A stretch of DNA of 64,000 nt from Thermofilaceae archaeon (GTDB lineage: Archaea > Thermoproteota > Thermoprotei > Thermofilales > Thermofilaceae), in the NCBI GenBank assembly GCA_038861545.1, contig JAWCCZ010000005.1, positions 64,103-128,102 of the forward strand, in the 5' to 3' direction. Positions 48,853 through 58,943 of the stretch are shown one piece after another. Within the stretch, counting starts at the first letter, position 1, and each line of letters begins with the position of its first letter. The position numbers were made by a program, and so were the translations under genes. Below the pieces are notes generated by a model, which saw nothing but the letters and a program-made list of their open reading frames with translations, made no database searches and was not told the origin of the DNA.

Positions 48853-49640
48853 AACTCCCTCAAATGCGAAGGAGACTCGTAATCTTCACCGCTCTTGAAT
48901 ATTTTTTGAAGATCAGCGTAAATCTCAGCTAAACCAAGCATACTTTTTGATGAAACAAAGTATAGTGAGAAGGATTCAAGAAAGCTGTGAACCGTTTCGA
49001 GTAAACCCCTAACCACTATTCGTTCCTCTCCGCTTAGCTCACTATCTAATTCACTGACCAACGTTAGTGGATTTCCAACCCATTCGACCATGGCTTCTAG
49101 CTCTTTCCTACTTAACAAGTCTACCTTGTTAAAAGCGTTAATCTGTGGCATTTTGAACCTGTAGTAAACTGAGGAGGCCAGGAATATCTGTGATATGAGA
49201 CTTGAAGGAGACTTTGATAGAGCTGCATCAATAATGAATATAACGCCTTGCGTCCCAATGGCTATCCCCTTTGCTATCTCTGAACCACTTCTTCGGAATG
49301 CAAATATTTCCATTTGTCCGGGAGTATCCACCAGCACGTAACCTTCCTCGACGCTTTCTTCAATTTCATCTCTTAGACTGCTTGTATAGTTCAACATCAA
49401 GTCCACGGAAGCCACAATAGCTCCGTTAGGTCCTAAATTATACTCCTCCATAACTTGCCTCGCAGTAACGTGTGCCCTAACATCTATGTCAGGTATATAT
49501 GGTAGATACTCTGCGGCAGGGTCTAAGTTTACTGTTAAGTAAGGAATCTCGTTCACGCTTAACCAATCGGAGAATGCTGAAACGAACGTTGATTTGCCGG
49601 AGCCGGCTGGTCCTAGAATGAATAACGTAAAAATGGTCAT
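48849..49640 (-). CDS. GPN-loop GTPase
   Basis: GPAGSGKST, NLDPA, LGPNGA, DTPGQ.E, NKVD. Confidence 0.96.
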   Translation of the reverse strand: MTIFTLFILGPAGSGKSTFVSAFSDWLSVNEIPYLTVNLDPAAEYLPYIPDIDVRAHVTARQVMEEYNLGPNGAIVASVDLMLNYTSSLRDEIEESVEEGYVLVDTPGQMEIFAFRRSGSEIAKGIAIGTQGVIFIIDAALSKSPSSLISQIFLASSVYYRFKMPQINAFNKVDLLSRKELEAMVEWVGNPLTLVSELDSELSGEERIVVRGLLETVHSFLESFSLYFVSSKSMLGLAEIYADLQKIFKSGEDYESPSHLREF

Positions 49641-49810
49641 AAAGCGACTCTGCGCTTACTTTTTGGTGTTTGTTCCTCTTTTTTAACCTCATAAATCGCT
49701 TCAAGTTCATCTCTATCGTAGACCCTACCACATTTAATACACACATAATTCTTCGCATCACGATTGTAAAGTAGGTCCCCGCCACACTCAGGACAGCTAC
49801 GCTTTCGCAT
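49637..49810 (-). CDS. Small Zn-ribbon protein (57 aa, not in ORF track)
   Basis: MRKRSCPECGGDLLYNRDAKNYVCIKCGRVYDRDELEAIYEVKKEEQTPKSKRRVAL*; stop overlaps the GPN start (ATGA); TTTATAA about 25-30 nt upstream. Confidence 0.82.
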   Translation of the reverse strand: MRKRSCPECGGDLLYNRDAKNYVCIKCGRVYDRDELEAIYEVKKEEQTPKSKRRVAL

Positions 49811-49915
49811 CAAGCTAGATCGCTTTCAAAGGTTATAAACGTTATCAAAGGGGGCTTTGGTAGTAGATGTTAACGTAAGGCAAGGTATTTATCCTAAATT
49901 TGAATTATAAAATTC

Positions 49916-50410
49916 ATGGATGCTGTAAAAATAATGGTGGTGCCAGTTAGAGTCCCTGAAAAAGCTAATATTATCATCGGTCAAGCACATTTTATTAAAA
50001 CTGTAGAAGATTTGTATGAGGCTATAATCGGTTCAGTACCTGGGGTAAGTTTGGGAGTGGCTTTTTGTGAAGCTTCAGGTGACAGGCTAGTAAGGGTTGA
50101 TGGCAATGACGAAGAGTTGAAAAATCTAGCCGCGCACACAGCTCTTGAAATTGGTGCTGGACATGTATTTGTTATTTACTTAAAAGGCGCTTGGCCCATA
50201 AATGTACTGAACGCTATTAAGAATGTTCATGAGGTTGCATCCATATTTTGCGCTACTGCAAATCCCTTGCAGGTAATTATAGTCGAGACTGCTCAGGGCA
50301 GGGGAGTACTGGGAGTGGTAGATGGTTATAAACCCTTGGGAATAGAAGATGAAAATAAAAAGCAAGAACGAATACAATTCTTAAGGAGAATAGGTTATAA
50401 GCGTGGATAG
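49916..50410 (+). CDS. Adenosine-specific kinase family protein (DUF355)
   Basis: NIIIGQAHFIKTVEDLYE, AFCEASG, IFCATANP, QGRGVLGVVDG, FLRRIGYKR. Confidence 0.93.
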   Translation: MDAVKIMVVPVRVPEKANIIIGQAHFIKTVEDLYEAIIGSVPGVSLGVAFCEASGDRLVRVDGNDEELKNLAAHTALEIGAGHVFVIYLKGAWPINVLNAIKNVHEVASIFCATANPLQVIIVETAQGRGVLGVVDGYKPLGIEDENKKQERIQFLRRIGYKRG

Positions 50411-50547
50411 GAAGTTTGTGAGAACCGGTTTAGTATATATTTCAATCCCTGCTGAGCAACTTACTGAGTATTGTATGTAATGTTAAGTTGATCATAAGGG
50501 AACTAAAAATTTTTGTGAACTTCTCCTAGCAGATAAGTAGTTAGTTT

Positions 50548-50895
50548 ATGAAACAGGTGATTATCGTCAGAGTTGACTTAAAAATGGGAAAAGGAAAATT
50601 AGCGGCTCAAGTAGCTCATGCAGCCGTTACTGCTTCGGAGATAACAAGACGAGAAAGGCCAGACTGGTTTGAGAAATGGATGCAAGAAGGTCAAAGGAAA
50701 GTAGTTTTAAAAACCACTTCGCTTGAAGAACTACTCAAGCTCCACGACGAAGCATTGAAATTGAAACTCCCCGCAGCATTAATATCCGACATGGGACTTA
50801 CCCAGTTGCCACCAGGTACAACTACTGCCCTCGCTATAGGCCCCGCGCCTGAAGAGCTTGTGGATGCTATAACAGGTCACCTTAGGCTGCTGTGA
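50548..50895 (+). CDS. pth2: Peptidyl-tRNA hydrolase Pth2
   Basis: KQVIIVRVDLKMGKGKLAAQVAHA, GQRKVVLK, D.GLTQLPPGT. Confidence 0.97.
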   Translation: MKQVIIVRVDLKMGKGKLAAQVAHAAVTASEITRRERPDWFEKWMQEGQRKVVLKTTSLEELLKLHDEALKLKLPAALISDMGLTQLPPGTTTALAIGPAPEELVDAITGHLRLL

Positions 50896-52247
50896 CATAT
50901 ATGCCTTTTCCAACACGTTCTGAACTAGATAAAGAATTGGGAATGCTTTTCTATATCACACAACATGCAGGAATAGGCGGGATTCTAAAAGAAAAAGCAG
51001 AAGATTTCATAGTAACCGAATTAGTATCGGGTGGATTGCTTTGCACTTCACCTGAGATAAGGGAATGGGGGGGAGGGGTGGGTGAGTATACATGGTTTTT
51101 GTTTGAGAAAAGATCTGTTGATACTATCACGGCGCTCAGGCTCATAGCTAAAGCTCTTAGGATTAACTATAAAACATTAGCCGTCATGGGTCTGAAAGAC
51201 GCGCGTGCATTAACTTTTCAATTAGCTTGCGTGAAGGGAGTAAATCCAGAGAACTTTCCTAGTCATGTGGGAAAGTATGTAAGAGTTCTGGCTGCCTTCA
51301 GAATGCCCTTTAAGCTAACGTCAAATATATTGTATGGAAATTACTTCGAAATCAAAGTTAAAGAACTTGCTTTAAGTAAGAACGAGACAATATATCGAAT
51401 AAGTGAACTTTGGGAAGAGATTAAAGATGCTGGAGGGGTACCAAACTATTTCGGCTACCAGCGTTTTGGTACGATTAGGCCGGTTACTCATATCGTGGGT
51501 AAGTGTATCTTAAAAGGTATGTTTAAAGAGGCGGTTTGTGAATTACTGACAAGAGTTTTTCCATATGAATCAGACCAAGCCAAAGAAGCAAGGAAATACT
51601 TAGCGTCAACTTGGGACTTAAAGGGCGTATTGAAACTCCTCCCGAACAATCTTCATCATGAACGGATGATAATTCAATACCTTATTAAGCATCCTGGCGA
51701 CTACTTTGGAGCTCTTCGTACATTACCCCTTCAAGTGAGAAGACTTTTCGTCGAGGCATTTCAGGCATATATCTTTAATCGTGTGCTGAGTAGAAGGCTT
51801 GAAGAAGGAATGCCAATCTCGAAAGCCATAGCCGGCGATTTAGTAGCTTTATATGGAGCAAGCTCTACGAGTATACTACGGGCTAATAGTAGTAACCTAG
51901 ATAAATTAAACCAGTTAATAAGTCTGGGGAGCGCTAGAGTTGTCATGAATGTTATAGGTTACGCCACCGTGCTCTCAGATGGTGCTCCTGGGGAGCTGGA
52001 AAAGGAAGTTTTGAAAGAAGAAGAGGTATCGATAGAAAATTTCAGAATCCGTCACATGTCTGAGACGTCATCTAGAGGGAGCACCAGGCCACTAGCTCTT
52101 AAACCTGAAAACCTTAAAGTAAGTATGATGGACTTAGAGTCGGGTCCTGTAGCTACGTTCTCTTTTGCATTACAGAAAGGTATGTATGCTACAATCTTGT
52201 TACGTGAATTTGTTAAACCCGAAAACCCTGCTCTGCAAGGTTTTTAG
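50892..52247 (+). CDS. truD: tRNA pseudouridine(13) synthase TruD/Pus7
   Basis: EDFIVTE, GLKDARALTFQ, GNYFEI, PNYFGYQRFG, KGMYATILLRE. Confidence 0.96.
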   Translation: MTYMPFPTRSELDKELGMLFYITQHAGIGGILKEKAEDFIVTELVSGGLLCTSPEIREWGGGVGEYTWFLFEKRSVDTITALRLIAKALRINYKTLAVMGLKDARALTFQLACVKGVNPENFPSHVGKYVRVLAAFRMPFKLTSNILYGNYFEIKVKELALSKNETIYRISELWEEIKDAGGVPNYFGYQRFGTIRPVTHIVGKCILKGMFKEAVCELLTRVFPYESDQAKEARKYLASTWDLKGVLKLLPNNLHHERMIIQYLIKHPGDYFGALRTLPLQVRRLFVEAFQAYIFNRVLSRRLEEGMPISKAIAGDLVALYGASSTSILRANSSNLDKLNQLISLGSARVVMNVIGYATVLSDGAPGELEKEVLKEEEVSIENFRIRHMSETSSRGSTRPLALKPENLKVSMMDLESGPVATFSFALQKGMYATILLREFVKPENPALQGF

Positions 52248-52276
52248 CGGTCAAAGTTTTTACTAACGTAAGGCTG

Positions 52277-54697
52277 GTGGTGTGTCTCATCATGAAAAAT
52301 GTTATACTATCCAGGGAAGTGGCTGAAGAGTTGGCAAGAGCATTAAGGTACGCGAGACAAGCTAACCATAGGGTAATGCTTGTATTACTTGGCAACAACG
52401 ATGGAAACTTAGTGATGGGGGCGGCTGAGGCAGTTATTTCCTTTTTAAGTATGAAAGAGATAAAAGAGGATGGGATACTATATGTTTACCATGCATTCTA
52501 TGAGGATGCTTGCGCCCGCCGCAGATTATTTGATCGAGCAGTTGGGAAAGAGGTGAAAATATCCTATGTACCATACCATGAGAGCATTAACGTTTTAGGA
52601 CGAACCTTCGACTCAGCGGTACTCGATTTACTAAACAATATTGAGCCAAATGACTTAGGTCGTCTTACAGGAGTGGTTGATGGAGGAGGTCTTTACGTGT
52701 TATTGTTACCTCCCTTAGAGAAACTTATGAAAATAATTACTAGATTTCAAGGTATGCTTCTAACCTTCCAATATAGTCCTCAAGATTTAAGAAAATTTTT
52801 CGAACAAAGATTTTTTGAAAAATTATATGAACATAAAGGTATCATAATATATGATACGGACCATGCCAAATTACTGAAAACGTCTAGCCTACCTAAGCGG
52901 GCATTTAGACATAAAGCTGGCCCACTGGAAATACCTAGTAATGCACTATTTCCCGATCAATTGTATAAGCTTGCTATGAGTAAAGATCAAGTTGAGGTCT
53001 TAATGCTTATAGAAAAGTTATATGAGCGCCCTGAAAAGGGTTGTAAACGCATACTTGTGATAACTGCTGACCGGGGGAGAGGTAAATCATCGGTTATAGG
53101 GTTGGGTATTGCCGGATTGTCACATAAAATCCGAAGAGCTAAAGGCCGCTGCCGCATTATAGTTACAGCTCCAAGCGAGGCTAATGTTCAGGAGCTTTTT
53201 AAATTTGCAAAAAGAGGATTGAAAATATTAGGCCATAAGGTAGAACAGAAAGAGAGGGAAGGGTTTGTAACCGGACTTAAATCAAAGGGTATTGAAATAA
53301 GGTATTTTGAACCCCTTGAAGCAGTTACCCATCGAGCCGATTTTTTGGCTGTTGATGAGGCTGCTTCACTTCAAGTACCGATGTTATTCGCTCTAATGCG
53401 ACGATTTGATAGAATTATTTGTTCATCAACCGTGCACGGGTATGAGGGGGCTGGCAGAGGTTTTTCCATCCGCTTTCTTAAGGGACTTAAACAGTTAAGC
53501 GGTGTGGAAGTATATGAGTTTGAAATGGAGGAGCCGATCAGGTACGCATCAGACGATCCAGTTGAAAAATGGATATTTGACACGTTACTACTTGATGCTG
53601 AACCGGCACAGTTAAATGATGACGACTTGGCGTGCATAGAATCCAAGCAAGTTGATTATTATTCCCCTCAGCTGGAAGAGTTTTTCTTAAGAGACGAGGA
53701 GCTATTAAGACAATTTTTTGGAATATATATAATGGCTCATTACCGTAATAATCCTAACGATTTAGGAATGATGATGGACGCTCCGCATCATAAGCCGCGA
53801 GCTCTTAGATTAAAAACTGGAAAAATTGTTGTCTCAGTAGAATTAGCCGAGGAAGGTCCATTAGATGAAGAAATAGCTAAACAGTGTTCCAAGGGCGCGT
53901 GGATTATGGGTAATATAATACCAGACCGACTAATAAAGCATTACAAGGTAGTCGACTTTGGCGCTTTAAGGGGGTTAAGAATTGTAAGAATTGCAACCCA
54001 TCCGGATCTCTGGAATAAGGGTTTAGGCTCGAGAGCCTTAATGGAAATTGAAAAAGAAGCTATGGCTGATGGTTATGATTGGGTTGGAGCGGGGTTCGGA
54101 GTAACGCTTGAATTATTAAGTTTCTGGCTTAAAAACAACTACATTCCTGTGCACTTAAGTCCTGAACGTAATCCTGTAAGCGGGGAATATTCAGTACTGG
54201 TTGTTAAACCTTTAAATGATAAAGCAGCGAAGTTTATAGATTTATTTTCTGTTGAATTTAAACGTCGTTTACTCTTGTCACTTCCTGAGCCCTATCATGA
54301 TCTTAACCCTAAAACTATTCGAGCCCTTTTCCACCATACATCTAAAGAAAACGTGAAGCCAAGCCTTTCACCCAGCCAACTCGGCCGCCTAATGTCCTAC
54401 GCTTGGGGCGATATGACATTAGAGAATTGTATAGATTGTATAGTTGAGCTCGCTCGTGTTTATTTCATGAATGATTTTAGATTTCTGAGCGAGGAGGAAG
54501 AATTATTGTTAATAACTAGAGTTCTTCAGGCAAAAAGCTGGCGTGTCACTTGTAATGAGCTTAACTTAACCCCTCCTCAGGCAATGGAACGCCTCCGCAA
54601 GATCGCTAGAACTTTCTGTGAAGAATTTTATAAAATAAAAACTGAAAAGGAAGCTGAAAGCTTCCTTTATATACAGTTAGATAGCACGCGTAGGTAG
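52277..54697 (+). CDS. tmcA: RNA cytidine acetyltransferase TmcA/Nat10
   Basis: ITADRGRGKS, VDEAA, STVHGYEGAGRGF, AHYRNNPNDL, GNAT RIVRIATHP..GLGS. Confidence 0.96.
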   Translation: MVCLIMKNVILSREVAEELARALRYARQANHRVMLVLLGNNDGNLVMGAAEAVISFLSMKEIKEDGILYVYHAFYEDACARRRLFDRAVGKEVKISYVPYHESINVLGRTFDSAVLDLLNNIEPNDLGRLTGVVDGGGLYVLLLPPLEKLMKIITRFQGMLLTFQYSPQDLRKFFEQRFFEKLYEHKGIIIYDTDHAKLLKTSSLPKRAFRHKAGPLEIPSNALFPDQLYKLAMSKDQVEVLMLIEKLYERPEKGCKRILVITADRGRGKSSVIGLGIAGLSHKIRRAKGRCRIIVTAPSEANVQELFKFAKRGLKILGHKVEQKEREGFVTGLKSKGIEIRYFEPLEAVTHRADFLAVDEAASLQVPMLFALMRRFDRIICSSTVHGYEGAGRGFSIRFLKGLKQLSGVEVYEFEMEEPIRYASDDPVEKWIFDTLLLDAEPAQLNDDDLACIESKQVDYYSPQLEEFFLRDEELLRQFFGIYIMAHYRNNPNDLGMMMDAPHHKPRALRLKTGKIVVSVELAEEGPLDEEIAKQCSKGAWIMGNIIPDRLIKHYKVVDFGALRGLRIVRIATHPDLWNKGLGSRALMEIEKEAMADGYDWVGAGFGVTLELLSFWLKNNYIPVHLSPERNPVSGEYSVLVVKPLNDKAAKFIDLFSVEFKRRLLLSLPEPYHDLNPKTIRALFHHTSKENVKPSLSPSQLGRLMSYAWGDMTLENCIDCIVELARVYFMNDFRFLSEEEELLLITRVLQAKSWRVTCNELNLTPPQAMERLRKIARTFCEEFYKIKTEKEAESFLYIQLDSTRR

Positions 54698-55492
54698 CTT
54701 CATTCTCAACTCAGGCGCTACATTGATAGCCATTTCAAGAGCCTTCTTAACTTCTCCTAATGTGAAACTACCTCTCCCACCTTTCTGAATAGCGCAAACC
54801 TTACCTTCTCCATTTATAGCAAATGTTACTCTAGCATCCATTACAAGTTCTTCCTCATAGCATGGATCAACTACAAGTGTTTCTCCTATTTTTGCTACAG
54901 TTACGAATATGGGTGTATCGGCTATTGGTAACTGTATTTTCTCCTCTGTTCTTGTTACTGTCCCTTCTGATGAAACCACAACCTTGGGAACGCGTGCAGT
55001 CAGCAGTGCTGCTACAGCAGCTAAACCTGATGCGTCAATAAAATTTCCGTCATGGTCTATAGGGTAAATGTCAATAAATATCCTCCATACCTGTTTACCA
55101 GGAACTATTGCAAGCTCTTCTAAATTTAAAGTAGGCGCATGGCGCAATCCTCTGTCTATAATTCTTGCTAACTCCACATCGTTTTCATCAGGTGGCCCCG
55201 GCTCAAAGATTGGAGAAGCCATAGGTATTAGCTCGGCGTAAACGATCTGCACGCCTTCGTTAGGCGTATCTGGATAAGGTACTCCAAGGGAAGATTTTAC
55301 ACCTGTGACTACTTTTGTGTTACCTATGGATGCCTTCGCGGATCCATCGGCATTACCTATAATTCCAGTTTCTATTTTTATCTCCCTGTACTGATCAGGT
55401 CTTCTACCATCGACTCTTTCACCCCTTTTCAACATAGAACGTATAGTTTCCCTGCGTGGGAGTGGTATTATAGTATAGGTGCGTTCGCTCAT
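54677..55492 (-). CDS. rrp42: Exosome complex component Rrp42
   Basis: [43 protein letters not shown]. Confidence 0.96.
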   Translation of the reverse strand: MSERTYTIIPLPRRETIRSMLKRGERVDGRRPDQYREIKIETGIIGNADGSAKASIGNTKVVTGVKSSLGVPYPDTPNEGVQIVYAELIPMASPIFEPGPPDENDVELARIIDRGLRHAPTLNLEELAIVPGKQVWRIFIDIYPIDHDGNFIDASGLAAVAALLTARVPKVVVSSEGTVTRTEEKIQLPIADTPIFVTVAKIGETLVVDPCYEEELVMDARVTFAINGEGKVCAIQKGGRGSFTLGEVKKALEMAINVAPELRMKLPTRAI

Positions 55493-56271
55493 CGTATAAC
55501 CCCCTCTGAAAACTCGCTGCCCTCCACTTCCTCTATCGGAAGCTTCGAGTAACGTTCTTTTAAGGCCTTTTTCTGCTCCTCATAAAGCTTAGTTACCGCT
55601 TCCATCGCTAACTGTAGAGCTTGTTCTACTTCCTCCCTAGAGTATTTTCCATCAGCCTGAAGGAGCGTTATTTCGCCAAGTCTGGGCATGATTGCTATCG
55701 GCATGTCACCTTCTCCATGCTGATCTTCTATACCGTTGAGGTCAACTGCAAGCTCGCCCTCAATCTTACCGATTGAGACCCCTGCAACTAAATCCCTCAT
55801 AGGTATCCCGGCATCCGCTAGGGCTACAGAGGCGGCTGTTATAGAGGCTACTCTCGTACTACCGTCAGCCTCCATTACCTCTATGAATACATCGACGGTT
55901 GTTCTAGGAAACTCTTCTAGAAATATCGCCGGCTCAAGTGCCTCCCTGATGACCTTCGAAATTTCCACCTCTCTTCTTGAGGGCGTAGGGCTCTTTCTTT
56001 CATCTGAGACTGAGAAGGGTAACATTGAGTACCTGCATCTAAGCAGCATTCGGTCGGTCAAAGCTTCATGGCGTGGATGCACCTCTTTAGGTCCATACAC
56101 GGCAACTATAATTTTGTTCCGACCAAGCTCAATATATGCTGACCCGTCGGCGTTTTTCAAGACCCCAGCCTCTATCTTACAGCTCCTCATTTCATTTAAA
56201 GCTCTGCCGTCAAGTCGCCTTCCATCTTCCCTTAGGAGTTTAATTCTCGTTCCTATCACCATTCTCAACAC
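55489..56271 (-). CDS. rrp41: Exosome complex exonuclease Rrp41
   Basis: [47 protein letters not shown]. Confidence 0.97.
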   Translation of the reverse strand: MLRMVIGTRIKLLREDGRRLDGRALNEMRSCKIEAGVLKNADGSAYIELGRNKIIVAVYGPKEVHPRHEALTDRMLLRCRYSMLPFSVSDERKSPTPSRREVEISKVIREALEPAIFLEEFPRTTVDVFIEVMEADGSTRVASITAASVALADAGIPMRDLVAGVSIGKIEGELAVDLNGIEDQHGEGDMPIAIMPRLGEITLLQADGKYSREEVEQALQLAMEAVTKLYEEQKKALKERYSKLPIEEVEGSEFSEGVIR

Positions 56272-56971
56272 CTTTAGAGCCTAAAACTAAATTAGCTAGC
56301 TTCTTAACCTCTTCTAAGGGATCGGCTACGTAGTGTTCCTCACAAAGTCTTTTTATCACATAAGCGGCCGAGGCTTCAAGGTCAGCCTCTTCTCCGATAA
56401 CTATTATACGCCCATTCCTGCCAACGGTTATTTCGACATTGAATGCCTCTTTTAAGTAGTTTACGACTTGCCCTCTCTTACCTATGACTCTCGACACCCG
56501 TGCAGGAGATACCTCAACCAGCAGCCCCTTCTCTACTCTGCCGAGCCTCGATTCCTTCATCGTTAATAGGGGATCATGTGTAAAATCAAATAGTAGTACC
56601 TTTGCTGCCAGTAAATCACCTACTCTAAAGATACTTGAAAGGTCTTTTTGGTGAGACGTGGGACGCGGAAATATTTCAGACACTTGAAGTATCGCCGTGT
56701 ATGGTGAGTTTATGTCCACCAACCAATACGTAGGCCCAACATCAATAACTTTACCTATGATTAAATCGCCTTCAGAGGGTATGTAACAACGCTTTATCGG
56801 TATGAGCCTTATTTTCTTGGGTTTCTCAATTACTGTCACGCTTAGCACTTTGGAGTAGAATTTTTTCCCCCTAGAGAAGTGTGGTCCACTTATTTCATAA
56901 CTGCCTTCTGCTATTAGCTCGCCAGGTATTATGATTTGCCCGTCAGATATATGTATTGGCATACACTTCAC
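56240..56971 (-). CDS. rrp4: Exosome complex RNA-binding protein Rrp4
   Basis: [37 protein letters not shown]. Confidence 0.95.
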   Translation of the reverse strand: MKCMPIHISDGQIIIPGELIAEGSYEISGPHFSRGKKFYSKVLSVTVIEKPKKIRLIPIKRCYIPSEGDLIIGKVIDVGPTYWLVDINSPYTAILQVSEIFPRPTSHQKDLSSIFRVGDLLAAKVLLFDFTHDPLLTMKESRLGRVEKGLLVEVSPARVSRVIGKRGQVVNYLKEAFNVEITVGRNGRIIVIGEEADLEASAAYVIKRLCEEHYVADPLEEVKKLANLVLGSKGVENGDRNEN

Positions 56972-57675
56972 CCCACACTAACCACCTTTACCTCACCTTG
57001 ACCCTTAGTTAGTGAGTTAACTTGTTGCATAATGTTCTCAACTAAACCTGCGGGAACCTCTAGCTCTGCAATCCAAGATCCATCGTTTTGATAATGACTT
57101 TTCATTATTTTACCAGCCTTTGCTAAAACCGCATATGCCTTACCCGAATATTGTGCAGGTATCCTCACCTCAACTAAGGCCCTAGCAAACTTTAATGGTA
57201 AAATTTTATTTAATGCTTTAATCGCCTCCTGAATTTGAGTTTCAACAGGCTTAAAAGGATCCACGGAGATTTCAGCTTCTTCAAGTGCTAGCTCGATACG
57301 TTTCGGAGGATGAGGTAAGCCCGTACGTGGATCAACCGCATTACGTGCAATGAAATCTATTATTTGACGCTTCTTTGTTTCTACTAATTCCCTTCTTTGC
57401 TCGGCTGTTAACTGTAATTCACCTTGCTTTATTATTACTTCCGCAACTCTATAGACGTCGTCAGTATTGAAAAGTTTAGTCAAATCATCAGGTGACGCTT
57501 TAAGCCCTTTCCGCACATCATAATAAACATGTGGACTCTCGACAACTTCGTGAACGTCTATATTTACTCCGTTTTTAATCTGCCACGCTTTCTCTACATC
57601 TACAACTACCTCAAATCGTTTGCCTCCTTTAGCGAGCCTAGCGACTCCTAATCTCTTTTGATTCAAGCCAAACAC
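56968..57675 (-). CDS. Ribosome maturation factor SBDS/Sdo1
   Basis: [36 protein letters not shown]. Confidence 0.96.
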   Translation of the reverse strand: MFGLNQKRLGVARLAKGGKRFEVVVDVEKAWQIKNGVNIDVHEVVESPHVYYDVRKGLKASPDDLTKLFNTDDVYRVAEVIIKQGELQLTAEQRRELVETKKRQIIDFIARNAVDPRTGLPHPPKRIELALEEAEISVDPFKPVETQIQEAIKALNKILPLKFARALVEVRIPAQYSGKAYAVLAKAGKIMKSHYQNDGSWIAELEVPAGLVENIMQQVNSLTKGQGEVKVVSVG

Positions 57676-57752
57676 CCCTCAATACATAAACCATTAATAT
57701 TTTAAGACTATGTAACTGTGGATTATTTAAACACCTAATAATTAAATCAACC

Positions 57753-57808
57753 GGCGATGAAGAAGGAGGTGAAGACAGAAGCTGTGAAGATCCGCAACTC
57801 ACCGAGCC
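57753..57808 (+). ncRNA. C/D-box sRNA
   Basis: GGC-g-ATGAAGA(C)-aggaggtgaaga-CAGA(D')-agct-GTGAAGA(C')-tccgcaactca-CCGA(D)-GCC; 12- and 11-nt guides; terminal stem; TTTAAA at 57726-57731. Confidence 0.75.
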
Positions 57809-57824
57809 ATAAAATATCTATAAC

Positions 57825-58943
57825 TTACTCTATCCATAGTTCCCTATCCAGTTTCTCTGGTATGTACTTCTCCGTCAGGAACTTAAATCCATAACCGCTT
57901 AAAGCCTCTATTTCCACTTTCTCCTGCTTGCTTAGAAATAGTTCTAATTGCTTCATCCATTCCTTCGATTCCTTAAACCATGGGTAATTTAACAGCTCCT
58001 TAGCTCTCTTTAAGTCCCTATCTTTAGCTTTTATTATGAAGTTTCGCGGTATTTTATAATCATAAATGTCCGATACTGTTAACCCCAAAAACCTTGCTCC
58101 AGGAGTAGCTAGTCTTTCGCTTTCGTAACCTAGTGTTATGGATCCGCTCCTGTATACGCTGTATATATAAAATCCATAGGGATCTGCGTCTGTAAGTACA
58201 TATGCTGGCAGCTTATGTTCTTCCCATAATCTACGCACCATACGTCTAGTACTCCTATCAGGCTGCCCCTTGCCAGTAACCAAAAGACATCTGTTCTTCT
58301 CCCAGAATCTTTCTTTATTCAGCCTGTTGAATATAGCGTCCTTCTCTATGACTAAGACATATTCGGCATCTACACTAAGTATCTCAAGAGAATCCGGGTT
58401 AGGAGGGATTGAATAAGCCCCATCTCCCATTCTAGAACAATCGATAGTATCAGCACCGGATCGAATTACTATGCGACCTACTATTTTACCTTTCGTGTCA
58501 TGTAGAATGCCCATATGCTCTCTCAAAAGCCCTGTTATTACCTCTATATCCTGGATAGCGCCATCGGACTCCTTTTGTGTATCCCATGTTTCTTCTCGCT
58601 TCAATCTACCATGTTCATCAAGATATTCAATAGTATGTTTACCTGCATAGTATAAATCTCTGATAGTGGGATAATCGCCTTCCCGTATAGCTTTCACAAT
58701 AAGTGATAACATTAACACTGTTTGCATGAATTTTCGTGCTTCCCCCATGTCTAGAAACTCTCTTTTTACTTTTTTCGACCCTAGTTTTAGAATCCTGGCC
58801 TCTGGGTCCCATATTATGTTGGCAAGCGTGCGCGCCGGTACTTGAAGTGTAGGGGGCTTCCCTCTAGATATTTGTCTAGTTAGATCCTTTCCAACTTTTT
58901 CGAGTGCCCTAAGAATTACGCCTTCCCTATCGACTCTTTGCAT
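57825..58943 (-). CDS. top6A: DNA topoisomerase VI subunit A
   Basis: PTIRDLYY (catalytic Tyr), VIEKDA, GKGQPD, TDADPYG, EIEAL. Confidence 0.97.
   Translation of the reverse strand: MQRVDREGVILRALEKVGKDLTRQISRGKPPTLQVPARTLANIIWDPEARILKLGSKKVKREFLDMGEARKFMQTVLMLSLIVKAIREGDYPTIRDLYYAGKHTIEYLDEHGRLKREETWDTQKESDGAIQDIEVITGLLREHMGILHDTKGKIVGRIVIRSGADTIDCSRMGDGAYSIPPNPDSLEILSVDAEYVLVIEKDAIFNRLNKERFWEKNRCLLVTGKGQPDRSTRRMVRRLWEEHKLPAYVLTDADPYGFYIYSVYRSGSITLGYESERLATPGARFLGLTVSDIYDYKIPRNFIIKAKDRDLKRAKELLNYPWFKESKEWMKQLELFLSKQEKVEIEALSGYGFKFLTEKYIPEKLDRELWIE

Noticed and set aside
49489-49785. 98-aa track ORF upstream of GPN
   Set aside because: Wrong frame; the overlapping 57-aa Zn-ribbon ORF (49637-49810) is much better supported
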